Below, in pieces: positions 27,169 to 37,267 of a DNA stretch of 39,152 nt (positions are counted from its first letter, which is position 1; each line of letters starts with the position of its first letter). The stretch covers positions 1 through 39,152 of the forward strand of contig JAYEKF010000009.1 in NCBI GenBank assembly GCA_034660895.1, read 5' to 3'. The stretch comes from Thermoproteota archaeon. Lineage in GTDB: Archaea > Thermoproteota > Bathyarchaeia > Bathyarchaeales > JAYEKF01. The notes below the pieces were generated by a model that did no database searches, was not told the DNA's origin, and saw only the letters and a program-made list of their open reading frames with translations. A program made the position numbers and the translations under genes.

Positions 27169-28134
27169 CTAAACTTGCTTTCTAAATTTTTCGTTTAAGA
27201 TTTTTTCAGCTATAGAGGCAGGATCCATTTTTCTTTCCAGAATTTTTTGCAGAAACTCTTCAAATTTTCTTTTTCTTTTCAATTCTTCTATTATTGAACT
27301 TGCCACTTTCTCTTTTATGGCTTCTATAAGTTCGACTTCAGCCTTTTCTCGGCTTCTTTTACGCTCTAACTCTTTTTCTAAGAACAGTCTATGCTCTTCG
27401 ATTTTTTCGATAAGTTGTGGGACGCCTTCACCTGTGAGAGCTGTAGTCTTTAGGACTGGTGGCTTCCACATCTTTTCCTTATTGTTTAACTGTAGCATTG
27501 CTTGGATGTCCATCACAGCTTTGTTGGCATTTTCACGGTCAGCCTTGTTTACGACGAAGATGTCGCCTATCTCCATGATTCCAGCCTTTATTGCTTGTAT
27601 CTCGTCTCCTAAGCCCGGTGCAAAAAGAACGACTATTGTCTCAGCTACTTTGATTATTTCCACCTCGGATTGCCCAGCACCAACGGTTTCCACGATAACT
27701 ATGTCTTTACCTGCGGCATCCAAGACTTTTACAGCGTCTTTTGTTGCTTTGGCTATTCCTCCTAGATAGCTGCGGGTTGCCATGCTACGTATAAAAACAC
27801 CTTGATCTGTGCTTAGCTCTTGCATTCGGATTCTATCGCCTAGAAATGCGCCGCCTGTGAAGGGACTTGTTGGATCTACAGCTATAACGCCTATAGTTTT
27901 ACCTTTCCGTCTATACTCGCGTATAATTTTATCTATGATTGTGCTTTTTCCTGAGCCGCCTGGTCCAGTTAACCCTATTATGTGGGCTTTGCCGGTGTGA
28001 GGGAAAATTGAAGCGATCAGCTCTTGTGCTTTAGGGGCGTTGTTTTCGATTGTTGTTATTGCTTTAGCTATGCTTCTTCGGTCCCCAGCTAGCACGCCTC
28101 TGGCTATTTCTTCAATTTTCGGCAATATTTGCAC
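27169..28134 (-). CDS. meaB: Acyl-CoA mutase G-protein chaperone MeaB/ArgK
   Basis: GPGGSGKS, AVDPTSPFTGGAFLGDRIRM, ETVGAGQSE, NKAD. Confidence 0.96.
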   Translation of the reverse strand: MQILPKIEEIARGVLAGDRRSIAKAITTIENNAPKAQELIASIFPHTGKAHIIGLTGPGGSGKSTIIDKIIREYRRKGKTIGVIAVDPTSPFTGGAFLGDRIRMQELSTDQGVFIRSMATRSYLGGIAKATKDAVKVLDAAGKDIVIVETVGAGQSEVEIIKVAETIVVLFAPGLGDEIQAIKAGIMEIGDIFVVNKADRENANKAVMDIQAMLQLNNKEKMWKPPVLKTTALTGEGVPQLIEKIEEHRLFLEKELERKRSREKAEVELIEAIKEKVASSIIEELKRKRKFEEFLQKILERKMDPASIAEKILNEKFRKQV

Positions 28135-28145
28135 ATTCTTATGAT

Positions 28146-28553
28146 TTAGGTTCTTTTTGGAACATTTTCAAATACGAACTGAACTATTGTCTCTGTTGTT
28201 GTTCCCGGTCCAAAGATTTCTTTTATTCCAAGTTTTTTCATTTCTGGGATATCTTCTTCTGGAATTATGCCTCCAGCAACAACAAGCATGTCTGTTAAGC
28301 CCTTCTGCTTTAGTAGTTCAATTATTCTCGGGAAAAGGGTTTTGTGGGCTCCTGAAAGGATGCTTAACCCTATTACATCTGCATCTTCTTGGAGGGCTGT
28401 TTCAACTATCTGTTCAGGGGTCTGCTTCAAACCAGTGTAGATTACTTCCATTCCAGCGTCTCTTAACGCTCTGGCTATGATTTTTGCTCCTCTGTCGTGG
28501 CTGTCTAGGCCTGGCTTAGCGATTAAAACTCTAATTTTCCTTTTATTTTGCAT
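28146..28553 (-). CDS. icmB: Cobalamin-binding small subunit of the acyl-CoA mutase
   Basis: DSHDRG base-off/His-on motif, SILSGAH, GGIIP. Confidence 0.9.
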   Translation of the reverse strand: MQNKRKIRVLIAKPGLDSHDRGAKIIARALRDAGMEVIYTGLKQTPEQIVETALQEDADVIGLSILSGAHKTLFPRIIELLKQKGLTDMLVVAGGIIPEEDIPEMKKLGIKEIFGPGTTTETIVQFVFENVPKRT

Positions 28554-28566
28554 GTGTTTTTCCTCT

Positions 28567-30246
28567 TTAGATTACGATTAGCTCTTTATATTCTCCGTAG
28601 ATTTTTCGAAGCACATCGCAGATTTCGCCTATTGTTGCGTAGGCTTTTACGGCATCAATTATTGTTGGTATGAGATTTTCATCCTTTTCTGCGTTGTAAT
28701 GGAGTTTTTTAAGCACTTTCTTCACTTTTCTGTTGTCCCTTTCTCTCTTCAGCTTCTGAAGTCTTGCAACTTGTTCCTCTTCAACCTTCGGGTCTACTCT
28801 TAAAACTTTTATTGGGTGCTTTTCTTCTGTTGTATAATCGTTTACTCCAACTAGGATTCGCTTTTTCTCGTCTACTTCTCTCTGGTATTTGTAGGCGCTG
28901 TCAGCTATTTCCTTTTGGAAGAACCCTTTCTCTATGGCTGCTATTGCCCCACCCATGTCGTCTAGTTTTTGGAAATACTCCACTGCACGCTCCTCCATCT
29001 CGTTTGTTAGGGTTTCAACGTAATATGAACCGGCTAGGGGGTCCACTGTGTTGGCTACCCCGCTTTCATGGGCTATTATTTGCTGTGTTCTTAAAGCGAT
29101 TCTTACTGCTTCTTCGCTTGGTAATGCCAAAGCTTCGTCGAAGGAGTTTGTGTGCAGCGACTGCGTTCCAGCCAAGACTGCTGACAAGGCTTGAATTGTA
29201 ACCCGTGTAATGTTGTTTAACGGTTGCTGTGCAGTTAAGGTGAATCCCGCTGTCTGAACGTGCATTCGCATCCACATGGACCTCGGGTTTTTAGCGTGAA
29301 AGCGTTCCTTCATTATTTTTGCCCATAATCTGCGGGCTGCCCGGAATTTTGCTATTTCTTCGAAAAAGTCGTTGTGGGCTGCGAAGAAGAATGATAATCG
29401 AGGGGCAAATTCATCAACTTTCATTCCTCTTTCGAGGCATGATTCCACGTAGGTTATTCCGTCGTAGAGCGTGAAAGCTAGTTCTTGAACGGCGTTTGCT
29501 CCAGCCTCTCTTATGTGGTATCCGCTTATGCTTATTGGATTCCATTTAGGCACATGCCTTGTGCAGTATTCTATTATGTCTGTTACAAGTTTTATTGAAG
29601 GTTTAGGTGGAAATATAATTAGTTTCTGGGCGGAAAACTCCTTAAGCATGTCGTTTTGTGTTGTTCCCCTAAGTTTTTCTCTAGGTACTCTTTGTTTGTC
29701 TCCTACCGCTATGTACATGGCAAGTAACATGGCTGCCGGACCATTAATAGTCATAGAAGTCGTAACTTCGTCGAGGGGTATGCCGTCAAACAGAACTTCC
29801 ATGTCCTTTAAGGATGCGACTGCTACCCCGCATATGCCTACTTCACCCATAGACAAAGGATGATCTGAATCGTAACCCCTAATGGTTGGGTAGTCGAAGG
29901 CTATGCTTAACCCTGTTTCACCTTCCTTCAGCAAATATTTGAATCGCTTGTTTGTTTGTTCTGCTGTGCCGTATCCTGAAAACTGCCGCATTGTCCATAG
30001 TCTGCCCCTGTACATGGTTGCATGCACTCCGCGGGTAAACGGGTATTCTCCTGGAAAGCCAAGGTCTCGCATATACTCTAAGTCTTTGATGTCTTCCGGC
30101 GTGTACACACGTTTTATCAGCATGCCTGAATGGTTTCGGAATTCACTTTTTCTTTCGAGGCGTTGTCCCATCCATTTTGGCAACGTTGTCTTTTCCCAGC
30201 GTTCCCGCTCCTTTATTATTTCGTTAATTTTTTCTTTGTCGGACAT
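28567..30246 (-). CDS. icmA: Methylmalonyl-CoA mutase family large subunit with isobutyryl-CoA mutase-type specificity residues
   Basis: [48 protein letters not shown]; ATG 30246 after AGGAG (track start 30270). Family call is firm; the ICM subtype is inferred. Confidence 0.88.
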   Translation of the reverse strand: MSDKEKINEIIKERERWEKTTLPKWMGQRLERKSEFRNHSGMLIKRVYTPEDIKDLEYMRDLGFPGEYPFTRGVHATMYRGRLWTMRQFSGYGTAEQTNKRFKYLLKEGETGLSIAFDYPTIRGYDSDHPLSMGEVGICGVAVASLKDMEVLFDGIPLDEVTTSMTINGPAAMLLAMYIAVGDKQRVPREKLRGTTQNDMLKEFSAQKLIIFPPKPSIKLVTDIIEYCTRHVPKWNPISISGYHIREAGANAVQELAFTLYDGITYVESCLERGMKVDEFAPRLSFFFAAHNDFFEEIAKFRAARRLWAKIMKERFHAKNPRSMWMRMHVQTAGFTLTAQQPLNNITRVTIQALSAVLAGTQSLHTNSFDEALALPSEEAVRIALRTQQIIAHESGVANTVDPLAGSYYVETLTNEMEERAVEYFQKLDDMGGAIAAIEKGFFQKEIADSAYKYQREVDEKKRILVGVNDYTTEEKHPIKVLRVDPKVEEEQVARLQKLKRERDNRKVKKVLKKLHYNAEKDENLIPTIIDAVKAYATIGEICDVLRKIYGEYKELIVI

Positions 30247-30334
30247 TCGATTTCTCTCCTTAACAAGCATAGTTTTTAACTTAATACCGTTATTGAACCT
30301 AAAAGTTATTTTCTTATCGGTTTAAACCTATCGT

Positions 30335-30547
30335 TCATTTTTGTCGTTTCTGAAATTCTAGCATGCAGTCGGAAGCTGCGAATCCCCATCCGAAACCAAG
30401 CATTAGGATGACATCACCCTTAGAAAATCTATTTTCTGAAATTTTTTTCAAGTATAAATGGTAGAAAGATAAAGGGTAGAAAGTATTGACGCAAGTCTCT
30501 CCAATAGATTTTTCTAAAAGTTCAAGAACACTTTCTAGTTTGTCCAC
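30335..30547 (-). pseudogene. 3' fragment of a FabH/3-oxoacyl-ACP synthase III-like gene
   Basis: NT..PLS...KGDVILMLGFGWGF matches the KAS III C-terminal GFGxG strand; N-terminal two-thirds absent. Confidence 0.55.
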
Positions 30548-30798
30548 TTTATGTTAGTGCAATTTAGATGACAAGAGACATCAAATCTAAGAATGTTGAA
30601 ACCAATTGCCGTCACCGTCTTTAACCTAGCTTTCAACAGATCATAAAATTCAGAAATCACTTTCCGCTCGTTCTTAATCCATTCCCGTAGCATGATTAAA
30701 GACCTGATGCTTTCCTTATAGCATGCCAAGATTATCTTGTCTCTGAAAGTAGGCTTTTTTCCTGTTGAATAAGTTTCTAGGTCAAAAATATGTGATAA
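30535..30798 (-). pseudogene. 5' fragment of a DEDD/RNase H-like 3'-5' exonuclease
   Basis: IFDLETY (ExoI) and IGFNILRFD (ExoII); truncated before ExoIII; no clear start codon. Confidence 0.6.
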
Positions 30799-30956
30799 CC
30801 GTGTTAAAAATTCTATTAATGATTGGATACTCGTAAATTAAATATTAGTGTTAGAAAAAATGAAGTTGGGGTTACCCTGTCTGGTTTCCAATACTAAAAG
30901 TTGAGCACACTCTATTTTTTTGCATAAGAAAAAAATGTGGGGTAGGATTGGTTGTT

Positions 30957-31664
30957 TTAGATTTCTACGCTTGGTTTTGCTTCCGAACCGAATTTTCTGA
31001 CAACCCAGTCACGTACCTTGCGCATGTCGCTCTTCAATCTTTCAATTCCTTCCGCAGTCATCATGCACTTAGATGGGTCTGGTGTTTCCGCTGGAGTACA
31101 GTATAAATCCATGATGTGGCCTTTGGGCTGATCTATGAAATTAATGTTCACTTTAAGTCCTGCATAAACCTCCCATGGATTGATTTTCGTCAGTCTTGTC
31201 GGTATTGTTGTGCAGCAACCTTCAACCCTTACGTAGGCTATTATGAACGGCAAAGTCTTCAGGAAGGGAGTTGCAGAAAAAGCCATCGGAGAGAAGGTGA
31301 ACACCTCACCTCTTAATGGAAGTTCAACCCATTCCGTTTCTTGCAGACGGCATCCAGGATTCCAGCAGTGTGCCCTCGGCGGACAGAATGTTAAACCACA
31401 CTTTGGACATTTCGTCCCATAAAGTTTCTTTTCGAGCAAGTTTTTGAAGAACTTTGATAGCAATCCGTAGCTGTGGTGGTAAATTGAGCCATGAGGTCTC
31501 TGAATCACCAGGTAGTTTGTAGGTGACAGTTGGTCAACCCTGTGGCCTCTTGATCCTTCAACCCATCTCCATCCAACCGGCGACCAGTTGCCCTGTCTCG
31601 CCCACTCATCCCATTTCTTGTTGTATTCCCATGCTTTCACAATTTTTTTAGGTCTGTACGCCAT
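30957..31664 (-). CDS. DUF35/ChsH2-type Zn-ribbon plus OB-fold protein
   Basis: GTKCPKCG..FCPPRAHC..C followed by an OB fold; directly downstream of the thiolase-like gene. Confidence 0.9.
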   Translation of the reverse strand: MAYRPKKIVKAWEYNKKWDEWARQGNWSPVGWRWVEGSRGHRVDQLSPTNYLVIQRPHGSIYHHSYGLLSKFFKNLLEKKLYGTKCPKCGLTFCPPRAHCWNPGCRLQETEWVELPLRGEVFTFSPMAFSATPFLKTLPFIIAYVRVEGCCTTIPTRLTKINPWEVYAGLKVNINFIDQPKGHIMDLYCTPAETPDPSKCMMTAEGIERLKSDMRKVRDWVVRKFGSEAKPSVEI

Positions 31665-31669
31665 TTTTA

Positions 31670-32959
31670 TCAACCCCTCTCAAATATCATTACACCTGAT
31701 TGGCAGCCTGTTCCTCCATGTCCCTGAAGCAGCGCCCTTTGTGCTCCGCTTAGCGCCCTAGTGTTTGTTTTCCACTTGTTTGCTGTTTGCTCGGTGAGTT
31801 GCCAGTAAATCTGCGTGGCTTGTGCAATGGATGTTGCTCCAACCGGGTGTCCAGCTGCGGTGTGTGCTCCGCTTATCTGACATGGAAGTTCGCCACCCCA
31901 TTCCGTGACACCTTCCCTCACAAGTTTTTTGCCTTCACCGAGTTTGCAGAATCTCAGATCTTCGTATTCAACAAGCTCCACACCATCATAAGGATTGAAC
32001 AGTTCCGCAAAGTCAAGCTGTTTAACCGGATTGTCTATCCCAGCCATCTTGTAAGCGTTATCCCCAGAAGTTCGTATAGACCCGAAATTAGCCATTTCTG
32101 GGTAAGGTGCAGCAGGCTTCGTTGAAACATCTGGATAGAACGCCTCATCTTCTGGATAAAGACCCTTATACATGGGGTTGTCCACACGGTCTCCAGGTCG
32201 CATTGTATCAGTGCCTAAGCCGACACCAGTAATCCAAACCGGTGAGTCTGTGAATTTCTTGGCTGTTTCTTCGTTTGCTAATAGCATGCACGCTGCCCCG
32301 TCACTTATCATTGCGCAATTAAATGCACGATAAGGCCAAGAAATAAGCCTTGACTTAAACACGTCGTCAATTGTTATGAAGCTTGCTCCATGTTGGCTAC
32401 GCCATTGGGCGTATGGATTGAAAGTTGCGTTGTTGTGGTTTTTCACTGCAATTTTCGCCAAGTCCTCCTCTGTTTCGCCATAAAGATGCATGTGCCTAGT
32501 CTCTAACACAGCATAATATCCTGTGTAGTAGCCTCCAACTGGAAAGTCCCAGTCCGTGTCAGAAGCAGCGGCAATCATCTCGTTCACCTTAGGCGTGTTC
32601 ACTTCACTCATCTTTTCCCAGCCAACAACAAGCACGTTTTTGAATATTCCAGATTTTATGTACATGAAGGCGTTGATTAAAGCGTCTACGGGTGTGGCTC
32701 CTCCAGATTCAACACGGTACGCTGGTTTCGGTAGCAATCCCAAATAGTCGTGGATTATCCAGTGGAAGCACAGTTGGCCTGCTAAGTGGTCGCTGAAGTA
32801 AGAGTACATCACTGCGTCTATGTCCTTTGGATAGTCGATGTTCGTGTTGTCAGCAAGCATTTCCTGAACGGCTTCAGCGCACAATTCCTCGTGCAGTTCA
32901 AAGCGGGGGTTGTCAAACCTAGAAATTCCAGCTCCAACTATAGCAACACGGTTACTCAT
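31670..32959 (-). CDS. Thiolase-fold protein (SCP2/Ltp-like subgroup)
   Basis: RVAIVGAG, VVGWEKM, AVKNH.NA..NPYAQ, SDGAA, GHPVGAT. Confidence 0.92.
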   Translation of the reverse strand: MSNRVAIVGAGISRFDNPRFELHEELCAEAVQEMLADNTNIDYPKDIDAVMYSYFSDHLAGQLCFHWIIHDYLGLLPKPAYRVESGGATPVDALINAFMYIKSGIFKNVLVVGWEKMSEVNTPKVNEMIAAASDTDWDFPVGGYYTGYYAVLETRHMHLYGETEEDLAKIAVKNHNNATFNPYAQWRSQHGASFITIDDVFKSRLISWPYRAFNCAMISDGAACMLLANEETAKKFTDSPVWITGVGLGTDTMRPGDRVDNPMYKGLYPEDEAFYPDVSTKPAAPYPEMANFGSIRTSGDNAYKMAGIDNPVKQLDFAELFNPYDGVELVEYEDLRFCKLGEGKKLVREGVTEWGGELPCQISGAHTAAGHPVGATSIAQATQIYWQLTEQTANKWKTNTRALSGAQRALLQGHGGTGCQSGVMIFERG

Positions 32960-33002
32960 TTTTTCACCTTCAACGAAGGAATCCTAATGTTTAAACTGTA
33001 AG

Positions 33003-33018
33003 TGTTATAAAACTTTCG
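33003..33018 (-). promoter_or_regulatory. BRE-TATA promoter of the thiolase-DUF35 unit
   Basis: Minus strand CGAAAGTTTTATAACA, about 45 nt upstream of the ATG at 32959. Confidence 0.6.
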
Positions 33019-33181
33019 TGAAACTTTCCAGTTTTTGTTCAAGAAACTTAAAGCCTGTTTGATTCTCCACATCCATAATATTCGAATGAGAAAATTAACT
33101 TGAAGGGCAAATTCCCTGATTTCAGTAGTTTCTTGGTATCAAAATTCGGAAAACTAAAAGGCTTATACATAAGGAAAATTT

Positions 33182-33314
33182 TTGCAGAAGAGAGGAAACC
33201 AGAAGAGCTAACGACTGGGAAGCAGCGGACAAAATCAGAGAACAGCTTAGACCCATGGGCATAATAATTGAGGATACACCTTGAGGCGTGAAGTGGAGAA
33301 TTAAAAAGCGTTAG
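33182..33314 (+). pseudogene. cysS: 3' fragment of cysteinyl-tRNA synthetase
   Basis: EETRRANDWEAADKIREQLRPMGIIIEDTP*GVKWRIKKR* matches the CysRS C-terminal anticodon-binding end; internal TGA at 33282. Confidence 0.75.
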
Positions 33315-33438
33315 GTTGTTAGAACCTTAACCTTCCAGCCGCGAACTTTCAATTGAAATCATGTTTCAAAATTCAATAACGAAAGGCAAGTTTTATGTGT
33401 GTTCCACTTTAAAATACTCCAAAAGTTAGGTGATGTGA

Positions 33439-34968
33439 ATGGTTCAGGCGTATCCATGGTGGAGTGAAAAGCACAAGCAATTGGCGGTTGAAGCTAAGAA
33501 GTTTGCTGACGAGAAATGCTGTCGTGGAGAGGAAGTCTTTTGGACAAAGGAGTTTCCGATGGATTTGGTGAAGGAAGTTGCCGATAAAGGGTGGTTTGGA
33601 GCTCTCATTCCACAAGAATATGGCGGCATAAATGCTGGCGCAACAGGATGCTGTGTAATAGCTGAAGAATTAAGCCGTGTGTGCTCCGCCTTAGTGAACG
33701 TCTATTCTGTAACATTTTTTGGTGGAACAGAGCAAATACTGAAATTTGGGAATGAACAGCAGAAGAAGAGGTGGCTGCCACAAATCGCAAAGGGCACAAT
33801 AGCTGGAGTGTGCATAACCGAACCCTACATTGGCTCTGACGCAGCCAACATAGAAACAACCGCAAAGCGTGAAGGAGGCGTTTACATCCTAAATGGAAAG
33901 AAGAGGTTTACAACAAACGTTGGAATTGCGGACATATACCTTGTCTACGCAAAAACAAGTGAAAAACCAGAGGACAGAGCGAAATACCAGCATTTAAGCG
34001 CCTTCATAGTTGAGAAGGGCGTGGCAGGCTTCAGCGTTGAGAAAGTCAACGAGTTAGGCGGATGGACTGGACTTCCAAACGGTTATTTAGACTTTGAAAA
34101 CGTGAGGGTGCCCATTGAGAACAGAATCGGCGCTGAAGGAGATGGATGGAAAATAATGATGGAAGGACTTAATTTTGAAAGAACGTTGTTCTCCGCTGGA
34201 ATGCTTGGGCCGATGCGAGAGGCAATACGTTATGCTGTGGGACACGCCCAGAGACGCATACAATTTGGACAACCAACAGTAAACGCTGAAGTAAACCAGT
34301 TTAAGATAGCTGATATGATTGCAGGTTATGAAACCTCACGGCTACTCGTTTATTATGCAGCCTACTTAACGGACCTGCATATGAATGCGGTTTTAGACGC
34401 AACGATGGCTAAACTATATGCTTCAGAAACGTACGAAAAACTGTTGAGTACAGCAATTCAAATTATGGGCGGAGACGGATGGACAAGATTCTACCCAATA
34501 GAAGCGTTTCTGCGAGACGCAAAGGTAAACCAAATAGGAGCTGGAACAAGCGAGGTCATGAGAATGATTCTTTATAAGCAGGGTTTGAGAGCTATGCGAG
34601 AAGATCTAAAGTTTCCGCACAGACAATTACACGAGAAACTGAAGGTACCCATCTCAACGCCAAAGCCGGCAAGGATTACTGAGGTAAATGAACAAACTGT
34701 TTTGGGGATGCTTGCTGAAAACTACCAAGTTAATCCAGGACTATACATGAAACGAGAAGACATGAAGGAAAGACTTGAGGGTGTGAGCGATGAGCAATTG
34801 AACCTTCTGCTCAAAAACTTGGAAGCAAAAAGTTTGGCAAAGCTTCAATTGGATATAAAGGGAAACATCACGCTTGCAAGGGCTACATTCAACGGTTTAA
34901 GAAAGGCGAAGCCACGTGAAGCCTACTGTTGGTTACCAGACTGGATGTCAAGAGAATTCATGTTCTAA
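33439..34968 (+). CDS. Acyl-CoA dehydrogenase (isovaleryl-CoA dehydrogenase-type) with about 125-aa C-terminal extension
   Basis: ITEPYIGSDA, NGKKRFTTN, GLNFER, QIMGGDG, IGAGTSEV. Confidence 0.92.
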   Translation: MVQAYPWWSEKHKQLAVEAKKFADEKCCRGEEVFWTKEFPMDLVKEVADKGWFGALIPQEYGGINAGATGCCVIAEELSRVCSALVNVYSVTFFGGTEQILKFGNEQQKKRWLPQIAKGTIAGVCITEPYIGSDAANIETTAKREGGVYILNGKKRFTTNVGIADIYLVYAKTSEKPEDRAKYQHLSAFIVEKGVAGFSVEKVNELGGWTGLPNGYLDFENVRVPIENRIGAEGDGWKIMMEGLNFERTLFSAGMLGPMREAIRYAVGHAQRRIQFGQPTVNAEVNQFKIADMIAGYETSRLLVYYAAYLTDLHMNAVLDATMAKLYASETYEKLLSTAIQIMGGDGWTRFYPIEAFLRDAKVNQIGAGTSEVMRMILYKQGLRAMREDLKFPHRQLHEKLKVPISTPKPARITEVNEQTVLGMLAENYQVNPGLYMKREDMKERLEGVSDEQLNLLLKNLEAKSLAKLQLDIKGNITLARATFNGLRKAKPREAYCWLPDWMSREFMF

Positions 34969-34999
34969 ACAGCTATTTCCTTATTTCTCGTACATGCTT

Positions 35000-35130
35000 C
35001 TGCCATGAAAATTCACTCGTCAGCAGCGCATTTTTCTCTGCATAGTTTTTCCGCAAGGTTCCGCTCATAACGCGTCAGTTCATTGTCTACAAGTTTTACG
35101 TTCATGCGTGTGCTGGTTGAAAGCGTTTGG
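35000..35130 (-). pseudogene. 3' fragment of a lipoate-protein ligase A family gene
   Basis: MNVKLVDNELTRYERNLAEKLCREKCAADE* resembles the LplA/LipM C-terminal LTxxE..A..L..EKY...EWN helix, with Trp mutated to stop. Confidence 0.55.
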
Positions 35131-35440
35131 CGCTAATTGAAATCAAGGCAATGTTGAGACAAATAGATGAGATATTTAGGGAAATGCGGAGGATGCAAGA
35201 AAACCTGACAAAGACCTGATGCAAATGATCTTTTACTAAATCAAAAAGTTGCTGACGGAGATGCAGAAAGGCTTAACCGAAGGGGAATTCTGGAAAATAG
35301 TTGGGCAGGTTGCAGGGCAAAGCTGCAAATCCCTTATCCCTATTAAAAACATGCAGTTTTAAGGTGTAAGTAAGCCTAAAGATTTTTACCTAAAAACGCA
35401 TACAATTGGTAAAACTGATGTTTGGTTAGGAGATGGGTGT

Positions 35441-36454
35441 ATGGAAGTTTTAGAGGGAGGCTCGGGAAAACTATTAGGTTGGCGTGACCCCGATGAGATG
35501 AGAAAATGGATTGTTGAAAACAAGTCTAGAGAGTTAAAGGATAAGACTATGAGCGTAAAAGAAGCAGTATCTAAATTTGTCCACAACGGAGATGTTGTAG
35601 CTTTTGGAGGATTTGGGCACGTAAGGGTTGGGATGGCTGTAATCTACGAAATTATACGACAGCGGAAACGTAACCTAGCCCTACTTGGGAAAACTGCTGT
35701 GCACGATGCTGACATACTTATAGGCTCAGGGTGTGTAAGCGAAGTTGAAGTTGCATATTGTTTTGCACATGAGTTAAGAGGCTTATCACCAGCGTCAAGA
35801 AGAGCCGTTGAAACTGGAAAATGTAAAGTTGTAGCTGAAATAAGCAACGCTGGATTCCAATGGAGATTTCTCGCTGCTATGATGGGGGTTCCATTTATCC
35901 CAACCCGTGTAATGCTTGGAACAGACACGCTAAAACGAAGCTCAGCAAAAGTCATAAAAGACCCCTTCACGGGAAAACCCATATGTCTGCTGCCAGCGTG
36001 CTACCCTGATGTTGCCGTAATACATGTTCATCGCTGCGACATATATGGGAATGCTCAAGTAGATGCTATACTAGTTGAAGACTTTGAGCTTTCAAGGGCT
36101 GCCCGCAGACTAATTATAACAACAGAGGAAATAGTTGACAACGAAAAGATTAGGGCTGAACCTTGGAGAACTGAAATCCCATTTTTCACGGTCGACGCCG
36201 TATGCGAAGTTCCCTTCGGATCCCACCCATGTGAGATGCCTGGCTTATACTTCTCGGATGAGGAGCACATCGGCGAGTGGCTTAGGCTATCCAAAACAGA
36301 CGAGGGAGTGCAGCGGTACTTAGACAAATACGTGCATGGGGTGGATACTTTCGAGAAGTACCTTGAGCTTGTGGGCGGCATTAAAAAGCTTAACTACTTG
36401 AGGAAGGTTGAGGAGTTAAGGGCTCCTATGAAGGCCCCATGGGCAAAAAGGTGA
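35441..36454 (+). CDS. Family I CoA-transferase subunit A (glutaconate CoA-transferase-like)
   Basis: GDVVAFGGF, AAMMGVPFIP, PDVAVIHVHRCDIYGN, VDAVCEVPFGSHP. Confidence 0.92.
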   Translation: MEVLEGGSGKLLGWRDPDEMRKWIVENKSRELKDKTMSVKEAVSKFVHNGDVVAFGGFGHVRVGMAVIYEIIRQRKRNLALLGKTAVHDADILIGSGCVSEVEVAYCFAHELRGLSPASRRAVETGKCKVVAEISNAGFQWRFLAAMMGVPFIPTRVMLGTDTLKRSSAKVIKDPFTGKPICLLPACYPDVAVIHVHRCDIYGNAQVDAILVEDFELSRAARRLIITTEEIVDNEKIRAEPWRTEIPFFTVDAVCEVPFGSHPCEMPGLYFSDEEHIGEWLRLSKTDEGVQRYLDKYVHGVDTFEKYLELVGGIKKLNYLRKVEELRAPMKAPWAKR

Positions 36455-36459
36455 GGTAC

Positions 36460-37236
36460 ATGACCGGAGAAAAAGTGGAATGCACATCCATCGAGCTTCT
36501 GGCGAGCGTAGCATCAAAGATGCTGGAAGATAAAAAATCAGTCTTTGTTGGAACAGGTCTCCCAATGATAGCTGCAATGCTAGCCCAAAGAACACATGCA
36601 CCTAATCTACTTATAATCTTCGAGGCTGGAGGCATAGGTCCCCTAATACCTGTTCTACCAATATCTGTAGGTGACTCACGGACCTTCTGGAAGGCTGTGG
36701 CAGCGTCAAGCATGCATGACGCCATGTCCATGTCTCAAGCTGGATTTCTAGATTATGGCTTCTTAGGCGCTGCACAAATCGACATGTACGGAAACATAAA
36801 TACAACAATTATAGGTCGATGGGAAAAACCGAAAGTACGGTTGCCGGGAAGCGGGGGGGCAAACGATGTTGGCTCCCTATGCCACCGTACAATCATATTA
36901 ATGCGGCAGGACAAGAGAAAGTTTGTGGAAAAAGTTGATTTCCTAACAACTCCAGGCTATTTGACGGGGCCGGGAGCAAGAGAAAAGGCAGGTTTGCCAG
37001 AAGGCACCGGTCCGTACAGAGTTATAACACAGTTGGGTGTTTATGGTTTCAACGAAGAAACAAAAAGAATGAAGTTGATCTCCGTACATCCCGGCGTAAC
37101 AGTTAAAGACATCAAGGCTAACACTGGACTTGACTTAATAATCCCTGAGACCATGACGGAAACTCAACTGCCCTCTGAAAAAGAACTGGAAATTTTGAGG
37201 AAGGGGATGGATCCTGCTGGGATTGTGCTTAGATAA
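36460..37236 (+). CDS. Family I CoA-transferase subunit B
   Basis: VFVGTGLP, catalytic IFEAG, GAAQIDMYGNIN, RLPGSGGAND; ATG 36460 after GAGGT (track start 36439). Confidence 0.93.
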   Translation: MTGEKVECTSIELLASVASKMLEDKKSVFVGTGLPMIAAMLAQRTHAPNLLIIFEAGGIGPLIPVLPISVGDSRTFWKAVAASSMHDAMSMSQAGFLDYGFLGAAQIDMYGNINTTIIGRWEKPKVRLPGSGGANDVGSLCHRTIILMRQDKRKFVEKVDFLTTPGYLTGPGAREKAGLPEGTGPYRVITQLGVYGFNEETKRMKLISVHPGVTVKDIKANTGLDLIIPETMTETQLPSEKELEILRKGMDPAGIVLR

Positions 37237-37267
37237 ACCTCTAAAATGTTAAGAATGTGATAACTAA

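Noticed and set aside
35150-35385. Coding-like stretch upstream of the CoA-transferase
   Set aside because: Multiple stops and no identifiable family; probably another relic but unassignable.
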